The translations under genes and the position numbers were made by a program. From positions 1 through 43,624 of the forward strand of contig JAAAPG010000020.1 in the NCBI GenBank assembly GCA_009908405.1: a stretch of DNA of 43,624 nucleotides. Direction: 5' to 3'. The DNA comes from Alphaproteobacteria bacterium (GTDB taxonomy: Bacteria; Pseudomonadota; Alphaproteobacteria; Rhodobacterales; Rhodobacteraceae). Position 1 is the stretch's first letter. Each line of letters begins with the position of its first letter. Shown piece after piece: positions 1 to 9,803 of this stretch. Under the pieces are notes generated by a model. The model did no database searches and was not told the origin of the DNA. It saw only the letters and a list, made by a program, of their open reading frames with translations.

Positions 1-2205
1 GAGCTTGTCGAGCCCCAGGATATGCCGCGCATAGATCGCGTAAGGGTCACGGATCAGCGTTTCGATCTGGGTGACCGACAACCGGTCCGGGCGCAGCGGG
101 GGCGCGGGCGCGGGGCGCGGTGCGGGCGGGTCCGGCGGGACACTGCGCATATCCGCCTCGAACGCGTAGGACCGGTCCAGCCAGCGCGCGCCGCGCGCGC
201 GCATCGCTGCAAGCGCAGCCTCGCCACCTTGGGCCGGGAGACCCTGCAACAGGTTGGTCAAACGGTTCAGCCAACGCGCGGGCACCGTCTGCGCCTCCGA
301 ACTGCGGATCGCGCGCGACAGCACCACCCGCGGCGCGCAGATCGCCTGCTGAAAGTCATGCGCCGACAAACCGATCTGGCGGTCGGGCAGCAACAAGCCC
401 AGTTGCGCGCGCATGCTCCGGTTCAGCCATGGGTCAGGGTCCGGCACCTTGGGCCAAACGCCCTCGTTCAGCCCTGCGGCGATGACCAGATCCGCGCCTT
501 GCACCCGCGCTTCCAGCGTCCCCCAGATCATGATGTCGGGATGCGCCGTGACCGGCTCTCGCACCTCGCGGCCGGCGAAATATCCCGACAGCAGCGATTC
601 GTAGTCGAACGGGGTCAGATCGCCGCTTGCATCGGCCTCTGCGGTCAGGTCCATCATGGCGTTGCGGGCCTCAATACCTGCCGCCGCGTCCCACAACCCG
701 CCCGAGCCCGCCGTACCGGCACCCGCCGCCAAAGCCTCTGCCAAGGCAAGATGGTCGGTCAAAAGCTGGCGCAGCGGACGCGCAGACGGATCGGGACCAG
801 ACGGCAGGACACGGGCCAACCACTGCGCCCAATCCTTGCGCGGCCCGTCTTCGGGGGCGAATGACGCGAGCACCTGGGCGTCGGGAAACGGCACCGAATG
901 CTTGCGCAAGAACAGTTCCAGGTCCCGCGTGTGCAGAAGGTGTTCGCCACGCGCGTTGCCGCTATGCGCCAGCGGATGTTTCAGAAGCGCCAGCAGTTTC
1001 GGCAGGTCAAGCCGACGCACGAACATCTCGGCCACTTGCCGCAGGAACCGGCCCGGCGCGGACAGCCCCAACGGACGACCGGCACTGTCATCGGGGGTGA
1101 TTCCCCAGGCCTGAAGCGCCGCGGTAACCCGGCGCGTCAGATCGCGGTCGGGCGTGACCAGGGCGGCGCGCTGGCCCCGGCTGGCCGCGTCGAACAGGCA
1201 ATGCGCGATAGCCACGGCCTCTGCGCGGGGCGAGGGGGCCTCGATCAGGCTCAGCCCGTCTGTCGCGGCGGCCAGGTCGCCCAGGCCCGGCCCGTCGCGT
1301 AACCACTGGTCCGTCTGCGGTGCCGGGCGCAGCGCCAGTGACACCAGCTTGCCGCGCGGCAGCGCCGGGCTGTCGCACCATGGCCGGACATGTTTTGGTT
1401 CCATTTCCAGGGCTTGCAGCAGGGTATGAAACCGGTATTGCGGGTGATCTTCGGCCGCTGTCAGCGCGTCAAGCTGCGCCCATGCCGCATCGGGCATCTC
1501 AAAATCGAACCCCGGCAAGACCACAGCGCCTTGGGGCAGCCGCGCCACCGCCTGCATCAGCAGCGCCGTGGTCCCGCGCGACCCGGTGGACCCGACCACA
1601 AGGACAGGATCGGGGGGCGGGCTCTGCGCCCAAGACTCTGTCAATTCGACGACCTGCGCGCGCAAACGGCCCTCGGGATCGTTTGAATCCTGTGCGATCA
1701 CGGTTTCGGCCAGGCTCAGGAAGCGCTGCGATTGCGCCCAATGCGCGGCATGATTGCTCAGGTCCAGACGTTCGAAGCTTGAAAACGGCACGCCTTCGGC
1801 CTGCATTTCGGCAAATAGCCGCGCAAGGCTGTCGGCCAGGTCGAACACCGCGGCGCGCGGGGCCAGATTGGGCTGCGCGGCTTGCAGCGCGCCAACAAGC
1901 CGCGCCAATTCCAGCCGACGCCGCAACGGCGGGATGGCGGGCGCATGATGCGCCGCGCCATCAAACAGCAGCGGATCGCTCACAAGGCGGATGCGCGGCA
2001 ACACGGCCGGCCCGTGCTCGACAAGGCAGGCCCGTATTCGCCGGCGCATTCGGGCAGAATTCACAAGGATAGTGATCCGTGCGCGGGCCTCTGGCGGGGT
2101 GTCCGTTAACCGCGCCAGCAACCCGTCGGCGAACAATTTGGGAAAATCCGCGCCGGGTGGCAGGGCGAAAACCCGTGGATCACCTTGTGTCGGATCGAAC
2201 ATCAT
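1..2205 (-). CDS. addB: Double-strand break repair protein AddB (3' end runs off the window)
   Basis: Absent from the ORF track, presumably because no stop falls in the window. Hand-translated segments in one frame from ATG 2205: MMFDPTQGDPRVFALPPGADFP...ILVNSARMRR...VLPRIRLV...GSTGSRGTTALLM...TLIRDPYAIYARHILGL at the edge, all typical alphaproteobacterial AddB motifs. ATGA overlap with the tsaE stop. Confidence 0.93.
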   Translation of the reverse strand, partial: MMFDPTQGDPRVFALPPGADFPKLFADGLLARLTDTPPEARARITILVNSARMRRRIRACLVEHGPAVLPRIRLVSDPLLFDGAAHHAPAIPPLRRRLELARLVGALQAAQPNLAPRAAVFDLADSLARLFAEMQAEGVPFSSFERLDLSNHAAHWAQSQRFLSLAETVIAQDSNDPEGRLRAQVVELTESWAQSPPPDPVLVVGSTGSRGTTALLMQAVARLPQGAVVLPGFDFEMPDAAWAQLDALTAAEDHPQYRFHTLLQALEMEPKHVRPWCDSPALPRGKLVSLALRPAPQTDQWLRDGPGLGDLAAATDGLSLIEAPSPRAEAVAIAHCLFDAASRGQRAALVTPDRDLTRRVTAALQAWGITPDDSAGRPLGLSAPGRFLRQVAEMFVRRLDLPKLLALLKHPLAHSGNARGEHLLHTRDLELFLRKHSVPFPDAQVLASFAPEDGPRKDWAQWLARVLPSGPDPSARPLRQLLTDHLALAEALAAGAGTAGSGGLWDAAAGIEARNAMMDLTAEADASGDLTPFDYESLLSGYFAGREVREPVTAHPDIMIWGTLEARVQGADLVIAAGLNEGVWPKVPDPDPWLNRSMRAQLGLLLPDRQIGLSAHDFQQAICAPRVVLSRAIRSSEAQTVPARWLNRLTNLLQGLPAQGGEAALAAMRARGARWLDRSYAFEADMRSVPPDPPAPRPAPAPPLRPDRLSVTQIETLIRDPYAIYARHILGLDKL

Positions 2206-2687
2206 TGGGTCTGCTCCAGGCCAGCCAGCCGTGCGTGCCACCGTGGGTTCGTGCTGGCAAAGGTCAGCACGCGCGAATCGCCGTCGGGGGTCAGTTTCAG
2301 GTGAAGCGCGTCTTTTGGCACGAACCGCCCCAGCCGCTCCGGCCATTCGACAAGACACACCGCGCTGTCGAACGCCTCGAACAGGCCAAGCTCATCGCAT
2401 TCCCCGGCATCACCCAACCTGTACAGATCGGCATGGTAAATCTCGAACCTGCCCAGATCATAGGTCTGGATCAGCGTATAGGTGGGTGACGGAACATCTT
2501 CGTGGCGCCCCAACATGGCCAGGCGCGACTGGATCAGCGCCCGTGCGAAATGGCTTTTGCCTGCTCCGACAGGACCCGATAGCAGTATAACATCGCCCGG
2601 TCCAAGATCACCCCCCAGACGCCGCGCGATCAACGCGGTGGTGTCGGGCGACAGGCTTGTCAGGCGCAAGGCAGGATGAGACGTCAT
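2202..2687 (-). CDS. tsaE: tRNA threonylcarbamoyladenosine biosynthesis ATPase TsaE
   Basis: Walker A GPVGAGKS, VPSPTYTL, HADLYRL, LVEWPE; 161 aa. Confidence 0.96.
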   Translation of the reverse strand: MTSHPALRLTSLSPDTTALIARRLGGDLGPGDVILLSGPVGAGKSHFARALIQSRLAMLGRHEDVPSPTYTLIQTYDLGRFEIYHADLYRLGDAGECDELGLFEAFDSAVCLVEWPERLGRFVPKDALHLKLTPDGDSRVLTFASTNPRWHARLAGLEQTQ

Positions 2688-2776
2688 GATGCCAGATGTG
2701 CCACGCGCGCCAATCCGAAACCAGCCCTGTTTGACGAAAGGGCGCGCAGGGCCGCGCGCGTCACGCGGCGCGACGC

Positions 2777-4576
2777 TCAGGCTCGAGAGCGGCTGCCCGC
2801 GTGATGCACTACCCGCGATTTGCGCGACGCCGCGCTGGGAGCAGGGTGTTCCGAACCGTCTTTCTCCAACCCTGCCGATGGCGCAAGCGACTTGGGCCGA
2901 CGCATTTGCGCGGCCGAGGTTTCTGTCAGCAGATCAGGCGCAGCCAAGGCCTGGGCATGTGCCCGCATCTGCGTCACCGACCGCGCAGGTTGGTCGCCTT
3001 GGCGCTGAGCTGAAGCATGTGCGAGTCCCAAGTTGGCCGAATTCTCGCGTGACTTGCCTTGTACAAGCGGGCGAAAGGTAATCATGAGGCATTCCTGACG
3101 CAGCCAACGGGCATGGACCCCCAACGTGGTCCCGTCCATCAAGCAAACCGTTCCGGTCAGCACCCGCTGGCGGTCCGACATCTCTGCAAGCTGTGTCAAT
3201 TCAGACCAGAACTGCGTGGTCGCAGAGGTTCTGGCCCAAAGCGCCACGGCGTGGCGAAACCCGGTATCGGCCAGGTCATTGCAAGGGTTTTCGCCCCAAA
3301 TCTGGCTGTAGCGGTCGTTGCTGAGCAAGGTATCGCCCGCGCCGTTGAAGACCACGACCGCATCCTGCAACCCGTCGAACACGGCTTGGCCGATCTCGAT
3401 CTCGGCGCGCAGGTTGCGCACCAGCGCGGCATCCGAGGTGACATCCTCGAAGAAAAAGGCCAAGGCCCCGCCGGGCTGGGGACGTCCGCTAACCTGAAAG
3501 ATGCGCCCGGTATCCAGGCACCATTCTTCGCTGAACGAACCGATCTGCGCGGCGTGTTCCATTTCGGCCATGTCATTGCGCCAAGTCGCGAAGTCCTTGG
3601 GTTCAGGCAACATGCGCAGCTCACGCAATGTATAGAGAAACTGCTCAAGGCTGGGGCGCGCGGCCAGAAACAGCGGGTCAAGCCCCATCAGATCGACCAG
3701 CGCGGGGTTGAACACCTGCAAGCGCCGATCGCGGTCGAACAGGGCAAGCCCCGTCGGCAAAGACGCAAATGTCCGGGTCAAGACCTGCATCATCTCGCGA
3801 CGCGAGGTTTCGGTCTGCACCGTCAGGTCAATCGGCGTTGCAAAATGCAGCTGGCCGCTCGCATCAGGCGCTTGGGCGTGGCAGAACCAGGCGACATGGT
3901 CCGGCATTTCCAAAGACAGCCGTGAATGCTCATCGGGTTTTGCATCACCGAACAGGTTGGGCAGCGGCCATGTCAGCCCCATGCGCCCGGCATCGACAGC
4001 CAGATAGGCGTCTATGTAGGCGGCATTCGCCCAGATGACGCGGCCCGCATCGTCGACGCGCCACGACAGGACCGGCACATGACCAACCACGTCGCGCAGC
4101 GTGTCGAGCTCGTCGCGCATGGCTTCGAAGCTGAGGCGGTCCAGCGCGACAAGGGCACCTTCTGCGCGGGTATCAACCAAGCGCAGATGCGTCAGGCCGT
4201 TCTTGCGCGCGGCGTGAAGGACCAGCCCACTGTCATCATGGGATTGCAGTTCCAGCGTTCCGCGGGAGACCAGGTCGCGCAGGTCCTGCCGCAAGTCGGT
4301 GAACCGAGGTTCCAGATATTTCAGCAAATGATCGAGTTCTGGCGCTTTATTCGGGCTGGCCGCCATGATGGATGACAGCAATTGCCGCCCGCGGTCGGAA
4401 CTATCGACAAGATCTTCCTCACGGAACACGAAAACGGCGTCCTGCTCGGACACATCCTGCATTGCGGGCGCTTTGCCCGGCCGGGGGACAAACCCGAACA
4501 GCAGTAATGCGACCGCGCCACAGACAAGCAAACTGCTCGATACGATGGCGAGGCTTAGAATCAGCGCGTCTGGCAT
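2777..4576 (-). CDS. divL: Membrane-anchored multi-PAS protein without a kinase domain, Rhodobacter-type DivL-like
   Basis: N-terminal TM, PAS-like segments (LTRTFASLPTGLALFDRDRRLQVFNPALVDL, RMLPEPKDF, GRPQPGGALAFFFEDVT), no HisKA/HATPase, adjacent to tsaE, CtrA box upstream. Confidence 0.72.
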   Translation of the reverse strand: MPDALILSLAIVSSSLLVCGAVALLLFGFVPRPGKAPAMQDVSEQDAVFVFREEDLVDSSDRGRQLLSSIMAASPNKAPELDHLLKYLEPRFTDLRQDLRDLVSRGTLELQSHDDSGLVLHAARKNGLTHLRLVDTRAEGALVALDRLSFEAMRDELDTLRDVVGHVPVLSWRVDDAGRVIWANAAYIDAYLAVDAGRMGLTWPLPNLFGDAKPDEHSRLSLEMPDHVAWFCHAQAPDASGQLHFATPIDLTVQTETSRREMMQVLTRTFASLPTGLALFDRDRRLQVFNPALVDLMGLDPLFLAARPSLEQFLYTLRELRMLPEPKDFATWRNDMAEMEHAAQIGSFSEEWCLDTGRIFQVSGRPQPGGALAFFFEDVTSDAALVRNLRAEIEIGQAVFDGLQDAVVVFNGAGDTLLSNDRYSQIWGENPCNDLADTGFRHAVALWARTSATTQFWSELTQLAEMSDRQRVLTGTVCLMDGTTLGVHARWLRQECLMITFRPLVQGKSRENSANLGLAHASAQRQGDQPARSVTQMRAHAQALAAPDLLTETSAAQMRRPKSLAPSAGLEKDGSEHPAPSAASRKSRVVHHAGSRSRA

Positions 4577-4624
4577 TGTTCCAATCCCGTGATGACCTGT
4601 CTTCAGGTAGACTGGTCCAGATTG

Positions 4625-4640
4625 GTTAAGCTGACGTTAA
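4625..4640 (-). promoter_or_regulatory. CtrA-binding box upstream of the divL-like gene
   Basis: Minus strand reads TTAA-cgtcagc-TTAAC, an exact TTAA-N7-TTAAC, 49 nt upstream of the start at 4576. Confidence 0.8.
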
Positions 4641-4665
4641 AAAATGGTGCGAAAGCAGGGAAAGG

Positions 4666-5625
<960 letters not shown>

Positions 5626-5732
5626 TCAATTCGCGTCCTCGAAATGGAAAGCGCGGGGCAGTGTGGCCCGCGGTTTCGACGCGGTCATGCGCCTTCCAAC
5701 AGTGCCGGTTCCCAGCCTCGGATGAAACCCGG

Positions 5733-5758
5733 AACGCGCGCCGAAACCGGCGCGCGTT
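5733..5758. terminator. GC-rich hairpin between the convergent PG-binding and degP genes
   Basis: AACGCGCGCCG-aaac-CGGCGCGCGTT, perfect 11-bp stem 23 nt past the degP stop; U-tract weak. Confidence 0.6.
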
Positions 5759-5781
5759 GTCACATCATGTTGCGCTGCCGT

Positions 5782-7269
5782 TCATTCGTCCAGGCTGAGC
5801 GCCACGAAACGCGGGTCGCCGCCCCGACGCAACAGCACAAGAAGCGACTTGCGTCCGGCATCGCGCGCAGCGTCGGCCTGGTCCTGCAAGTCAGAGACGG
5901 ACGCCACGGGCGTCTGGTTCGCCTCTGTTACCAGGTCGCCCGGCAAAACCCCTTTGCTGGCTGCGTCGCTGTCGGGGTCCACCCCGCCGACGACCAGACC
6001 GCGCATCCCCGGCGGCAGGTCGAGTTCGCCGCGTATCGCATCGTTCAACGGCGCAAGGTCCATGCCCAGGTAGCTGGACGGTTCGGGGTCAGCGTTCGGC
6101 GCGTCAGGTGACGCCATGCTGGCCGTTTCTGCGAGTTCACGTTGCCCCAGCGTGACCGACAATGTCATCGGATCGCCATCGCGGAACACGACAACATCCA
6201 CGGCCCGCCCGACATCGGTATCGGCGACGCGCCGCACCAGCATATTGCTGTCTTCGACTTCGCCACCGTCGAATTCAAGGATCACGTCACCGGCCAGTAT
6301 GCCGGCCTCTTGCGATGGTCCATCCATCACGTCTGTCACCATCGCGCCGCGCGGATCATCAAGCCCGATTGCCTCTGCCATTTCATCGGTCACGTTCTGG
6401 ATGCGCACACCCAACCAGCCGCGCCGGGTGCTGCCGAATTCGCGCAACTGGTCAACCACGCCCGTCACCACATTGGACGACATGGCGAACCCGATCCCGA
6501 TGGATCCGCCGGTGGGCGACAGGATCGCGGTGTTCACACCGATGACCTCGCCATCAGTATTGAACAGCGGCCCGCCCGAATTGCCACGGTTGATGGCGGC
6601 ATCGGTCTGGATGTAATCGTCATAGTTGCCTTGCAACGCGCGACCGCGAGCCGAAATGATCCCGGCGCTGACCGAAAACCCCTGGCCCAGCGGGTTGCCC
6701 ACGGCCAGAACCCAGTCGCCGACGCGCGATGCCTCTGCATCGCCAAAGCCGACGAAGGGCAGGTCTGCGTCATGCTCGACCTTCAGCAGCGCGATATCTG
6801 TAGCGGGGTCCGTGCCGACCAATGTGGCATCCAGTTCCAGCCCAGAGAAAAACTCGACCCGGATTTCATCGGCCCCGTCGATGACGTGATTGTTGGTCAC
6901 CAAGAATCCATCGGGCGAGATGACGAACCCGGACCCAAGCGCCTGCCCCTGCCGCGGACGCTGCGGGCGGTTCGGGCCGCCGGGATTGCGCGGGTCGTCA
7001 AAGAAATCGCGGAAGAAATCCTCGAAAGGGGACCCTTCGGGCAATTGTGGCGCACCCTCCAGACGGTTTGCCACCGTGGTCGTCGTGGTAATGTTCACCA
7101 CGGCGGGGCTGACCCGCTCTGCCAGGTCGGCGAAGCTTTCCGGGCGCTCCTGCGCCATGAGCAAGGTGACTTGCGCCAAGGTCAGAACCAGCGCCAAGAC
7201 GGTCAATTTGACCAGCCGCAATGGCCCGGTGCTGTCCTGTTCGCGCGCTATCGCGACGGTGGAAGGCAT
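5782..7269 (-). CDS. degP: Periplasmic Do/DegP/DegQ serine endoprotease with two PDZ domains
   Basis: LVTNNHVI, TDIALLK, IQTDAAINRGNSGGPL catalytic triad motifs; RGWLGV PDZ; GAGGAG RBS. Confidence 0.93.
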   Translation of the reverse strand: MPSTVAIAREQDSTGPLRLVKLTVLALVLTLAQVTLLMAQERPESFADLAERVSPAVVNITTTTTVANRLEGAPQLPEGSPFEDFFRDFFDDPRNPGGPNRPQRPRQGQALGSGFVISPDGFLVTNNHVIDGADEIRVEFFSGLELDATLVGTDPATDIALLKVEHDADLPFVGFGDAEASRVGDWVLAVGNPLGQGFSVSAGIISARGRALQGNYDDYIQTDAAINRGNSGGPLFNTDGEVIGVNTAILSPTGGSIGIGFAMSSNVVTGVVDQLREFGSTRRGWLGVRIQNVTDEMAEAIGLDDPRGAMVTDVMDGPSQEAGILAGDVILEFDGGEVEDSNMLVRRVADTDVGRAVDVVVFRDGDPMTLSVTLGQRELAETASMASPDAPNADPEPSSYLGMDLAPLNDAIRGELDLPPGMRGLVVGGVDPDSDAASKGVLPGDLVTEANQTPVASVSDLQDQADAARDAGRKSLLVLLRRGGDPRFVALSLDE

Positions 7270-7326
7270 ATGTGAACTCCTCTTTCACTGTCATGATCTG
7301 CGGGGCCGGCCCGCAACCTGGAACAT

Positions 7327-7353
7327 AGATATGGCAGATCAGGGCAAACGCAA
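7327..7353 (-). promoter_or_regulatory. Candidate RpoH (sigma32) promoter of degP
   Basis: Minus strand TTG-N16-CCATATCT; palindrome TGAAAT-N3-ATTTCA at 7358-7372 lies immediately upstream. Confidence 0.5.
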
Positions 7354-7390
7354 TTCGTGAAATGATATTTCAACCAAAGGTGAGGGCGGG

Positions 7391-7594
7391 TTACGGCCCC
7401 GCGATCACGCCAGAGAGCGTTATCAACGCCACACCCAGCACTAGCGCCAACGCCCCGATCAGGCGGCGCGCGCTTTCGGGCAATTGCGCCAGCGCTTTCA
7501 ACAGGTCTTCTATGCGAGAAGGGGCCAGTGCGAACACCAGCCCCTCCAGAACGAGCACCGAACCCAGTGCCAGAACGAGCGTGGAAAATGTCAC
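7391..7594 (-). CDS. DUF2065 (YjeT-like) small membrane protein
   Basis: ALGSVLVLEGLVFALAP...RRLIGAL; conserved position after hflC. Confidence 0.88.
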   Translation of the reverse strand: MTFSTLVLALGSVLVLEGLVFALAPSRIEDLLKALAQLPESARRLIGALALVLGVALITLSGVIAGP

Positions 7595-7606
7595 GCCAGA
7601 CCGCCC

Positions 7607-8611
7607 CTAGTTGCCGATCATGTCTTCAAGCTCGCGGACCGACTCGGGCTCTTCCGGGCCTGTTTCCGGTATCCGCTCACGCCCTGCTTCCGGGTTTTCC
7701 TCCAACTCGCGGGCAAATGCGCGCGCATTCTCCAAGGCTTCACCACTCAGCCCGTCGGTCCGCAGGAAGTTGAAGAACTCGCTGTCCGGGCTGAGCACCA
7801 TGGTTGAATTTTCGCCGCGCAAGGCCGACGCATAGCTTTGCATGGACCGCGAGAAGGCGAAGAATTCAGCGTCAAGATTGTACGCATCCGCATAGATCCG
7901 GTTCCGCTCGGCATCCGCCTCGCCGCGTACGATTTCCGCGTCGCGCTGCGCGCTCGACACCAGCTCGGTCACGGTCCTGTCGGCCAACGCGCGCACACGC
8001 TGCGCCGCCTCGTTCCCGCGTGCCCGCTCGTCTGCGGCTTCACGCTCGCGCTCGGCGCGCATCCGGGCGAAGGTGGCTTCGAGGTTTTCTTGCGGCAGGT
8101 CGGTGCGGGTCAGGCGCACGTCAACCACCTCGATACCCAAGGATTCGGCCTGACGCCGCGCAAGGTCGCGAATCCGGTTCATCAGGCCGGTCCGATCCTC
8201 GGACAGAACCGCCGTCGACGGAACCGAGCCCAAGACCTCTCGGATCGACGCATTCATGATGCTTTCGATCCGACCCTGTGCACCGCGCACCCCGTCGAGG
8301 CCGACAGCCTCTCGGAAATCGGTCACGTCGGCAAGGCGCCAGCGCAAAAACGCGTCGACCACAAGGCGGCGGTCATCCAGCGGCGTCACCTCCAGCGGTT
8401 GGGTTTGCAAGCCCAGAATGCGCGCGTCATACCGCACAACTTCTTGGATGAACGGTATCTTGAACCCGAGCCCGGGCTCGTTGATTTCCTGCTTCACTTG
8501 GCCGAATTGCAGCACCAGCACGTTTTCGCGTTCATCCACGATGAACAGCGACGAAAACGCAAGTACCACGGCCACGGCAAGAACTGGCAGTAGAAGACCA
8601 GCTTTTTTCAT
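7607..8611 (-). CDS. hflC: FtsH protease modulator HflC
   Basis: SPFH domain (EPGLGFKIPF, RMRAEREREA, EFFAFSRSMQSY); start overlaps the hflK stop. Confidence 0.95.
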   Translation of the reverse strand: MKKAGLLLPVLAVAVVLAFSSLFIVDERENVLVLQFGQVKQEINEPGLGFKIPFIQEVVRYDARILGLQTQPLEVTPLDDRRLVVDAFLRWRLADVTDFREAVGLDGVRGAQGRIESIMNASIREVLGSVPSTAVLSEDRTGLMNRIRDLARRQAESLGIEVVDVRLTRTDLPQENLEATFARMRAEREREAADERARGNEAAQRVRALADRTVTELVSSAQRDAEIVRGEADAERNRIYADAYNLDAEFFAFSRSMQSYASALRGENSTMVLSPDSEFFNFLRTDGLSGEALENARAFARELEENPEAGRERIPETGPEEPESVRELEDMIGN

Positions 8612-9738
8612 CAGTTTGCACTCCTCTGGCGGCCCAGTTCATTCAGCGGCAGATAGGGCAGAACGCCGCTACCACCTTCGCCACCCGTCACATTGTCCAG
8701 AATGGTCAGGTTCATATCACCCAGCACCTGTTCCATGGTTTCCAGATACATCCGTTTGCGCGTCACTTCGGGCGCGTTCACGTATTCGGTGTAGACCGAC
8801 ACGAAGCGGCTGGCTTCACCCTGCGCGGTATTGACGACCTGCGCGCGGTAACCTTCGGCCTCTTCACGAAGCTGGGCGGCTTGCCCGCGCGCTTCGGCCA
8901 GAACGCGGTTGGCGTAGGCGTCAGCCTCTCGCTCCAACCTGTCACGCTCCTGCCGAGCGGTCTGAACATCACGGAAGGCGCTGATAACCTCTTCAGGCGG
9001 ATCGGCTTTGTCAAAGTTCACGCGCACCACGTTGATCCCGGCGCCATAGCTGTCCAGCAACCCCTGTACCGCGCCCTGAAGATCGGCGGCGATGGCGCCG
9101 CGGTCCCGGTTCAGAATAGGCGACAACTCGGTCCGGGCGATGATGTCGCGCATCGCCGATTCGGCCGAGGCGCGCACTGTTTCGCGCGGATCCGCCAGAT
9201 TGAACAGGAAGCGCGCGGGATCTGCGATGTTCCAGACGATCTGGAATTCGATATCAACGACGGCTTCATCACGGGTCAGCATCAAGCCGGTGTCAAGGCC
9301 GGACCGTCCGGTGCCCACTTCGGTCACACGTTCGGTCGTCACCTGAACCACTTCGTGACTGACCACCGGCCAAGGCGCGAAGTTGAGACCGGGGTTGCCA
9401 GTCTGGTAATACTGGCCGAACAACAATTCGACCGAGCGTTCTTCGGGCCGAACTGTATAAAATGATGCGAAGGCCCAGGCCACAACGAGCGCCACGAGGC
9501 CCAGCAATACGCCCCGCTTGCTGAATCCGCCGCCGCTACCGCCGGACCCGCCGCCGTTACCACCGCCGCGCCCCCCCATGAGGACGCGAAGCTGCTCTTG
9601 GCCCTTTTTCACGATTTCTTCGATCTCGGGAACCTGCTGGCCGCCATTACCGCGCGGGCCGTTATTACCGCCATCGCCGCCACGGTTTCCGCCGCCGCGG
9701 TTGCCGCCACCCCATGGCCCTCCGTTGTTTCCAGACAT
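8611..9738 (-). CDS. hflK: FtsH protease modulator HflK
   Basis: Gly-rich MSGNNGGPWGG N-terminus, SPFH domain, APEVTRKRMYLETM, GVLPYLPL. GGAG precedes ATG 9738 (alternative start 9753). Confidence 0.95.
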   Translation of the reverse strand: MSGNNGGPWGGGNRGGGNRGGDGGNNGPRGNGGQQVPEIEEIVKKGQEQLRVLMGGRGGGNGGGSGGSGGGFSKRGVLLGLVALVVAWAFASFYTVRPEERSVELLFGQYYQTGNPGLNFAPWPVVSHEVVQVTTERVTEVGTGRSGLDTGLMLTRDEAVVDIEFQIVWNIADPARFLFNLADPRETVRASAESAMRDIIARTELSPILNRDRGAIAADLQGAVQGLLDSYGAGINVVRVNFDKADPPEEVISAFRDVQTARQERDRLEREADAYANRVLAEARGQAAQLREEAEGYRAQVVNTAQGEASRFVSVYTEYVNAPEVTRKRMYLETMEQVLGDMNLTILDNVTGGEGGSGVLPYLPLNELGRQRSAN

Positions 9739-9773
9739 CTGGACTCCATTCATGATTTTGAGCGTTGCTTGAC

Positions 9774-9800
9774 AAGTGGGCTTGGAACCCGCGAATTCAA
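9774..9800 (-). promoter_or_regulatory. Candidate RpoH (sigma32) promoter of hflKC
   Basis: Minus strand TTGAA...CCCACTT (TTG-N17-CCCACTT) in the gor-hflK spacer. Confidence 0.5.
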
Positions 9801-9803
9801 CCC

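Noticed and set aside
22-2590. Numerous plus-strand ORFs of 130-280 aa
   Set aside because: Antisense shadows of addB and tsaE; Arg/Pro/Ala-rich, no motifs, typical of high-GC DNA.
5632-5683. Nested imperfect stems in the spacer before the degP terminator, possible sRNA
   Set aside because: Arms are only 6 bp in GC-rich DNA, partly overlap, and there is no promoter or family resemblance.
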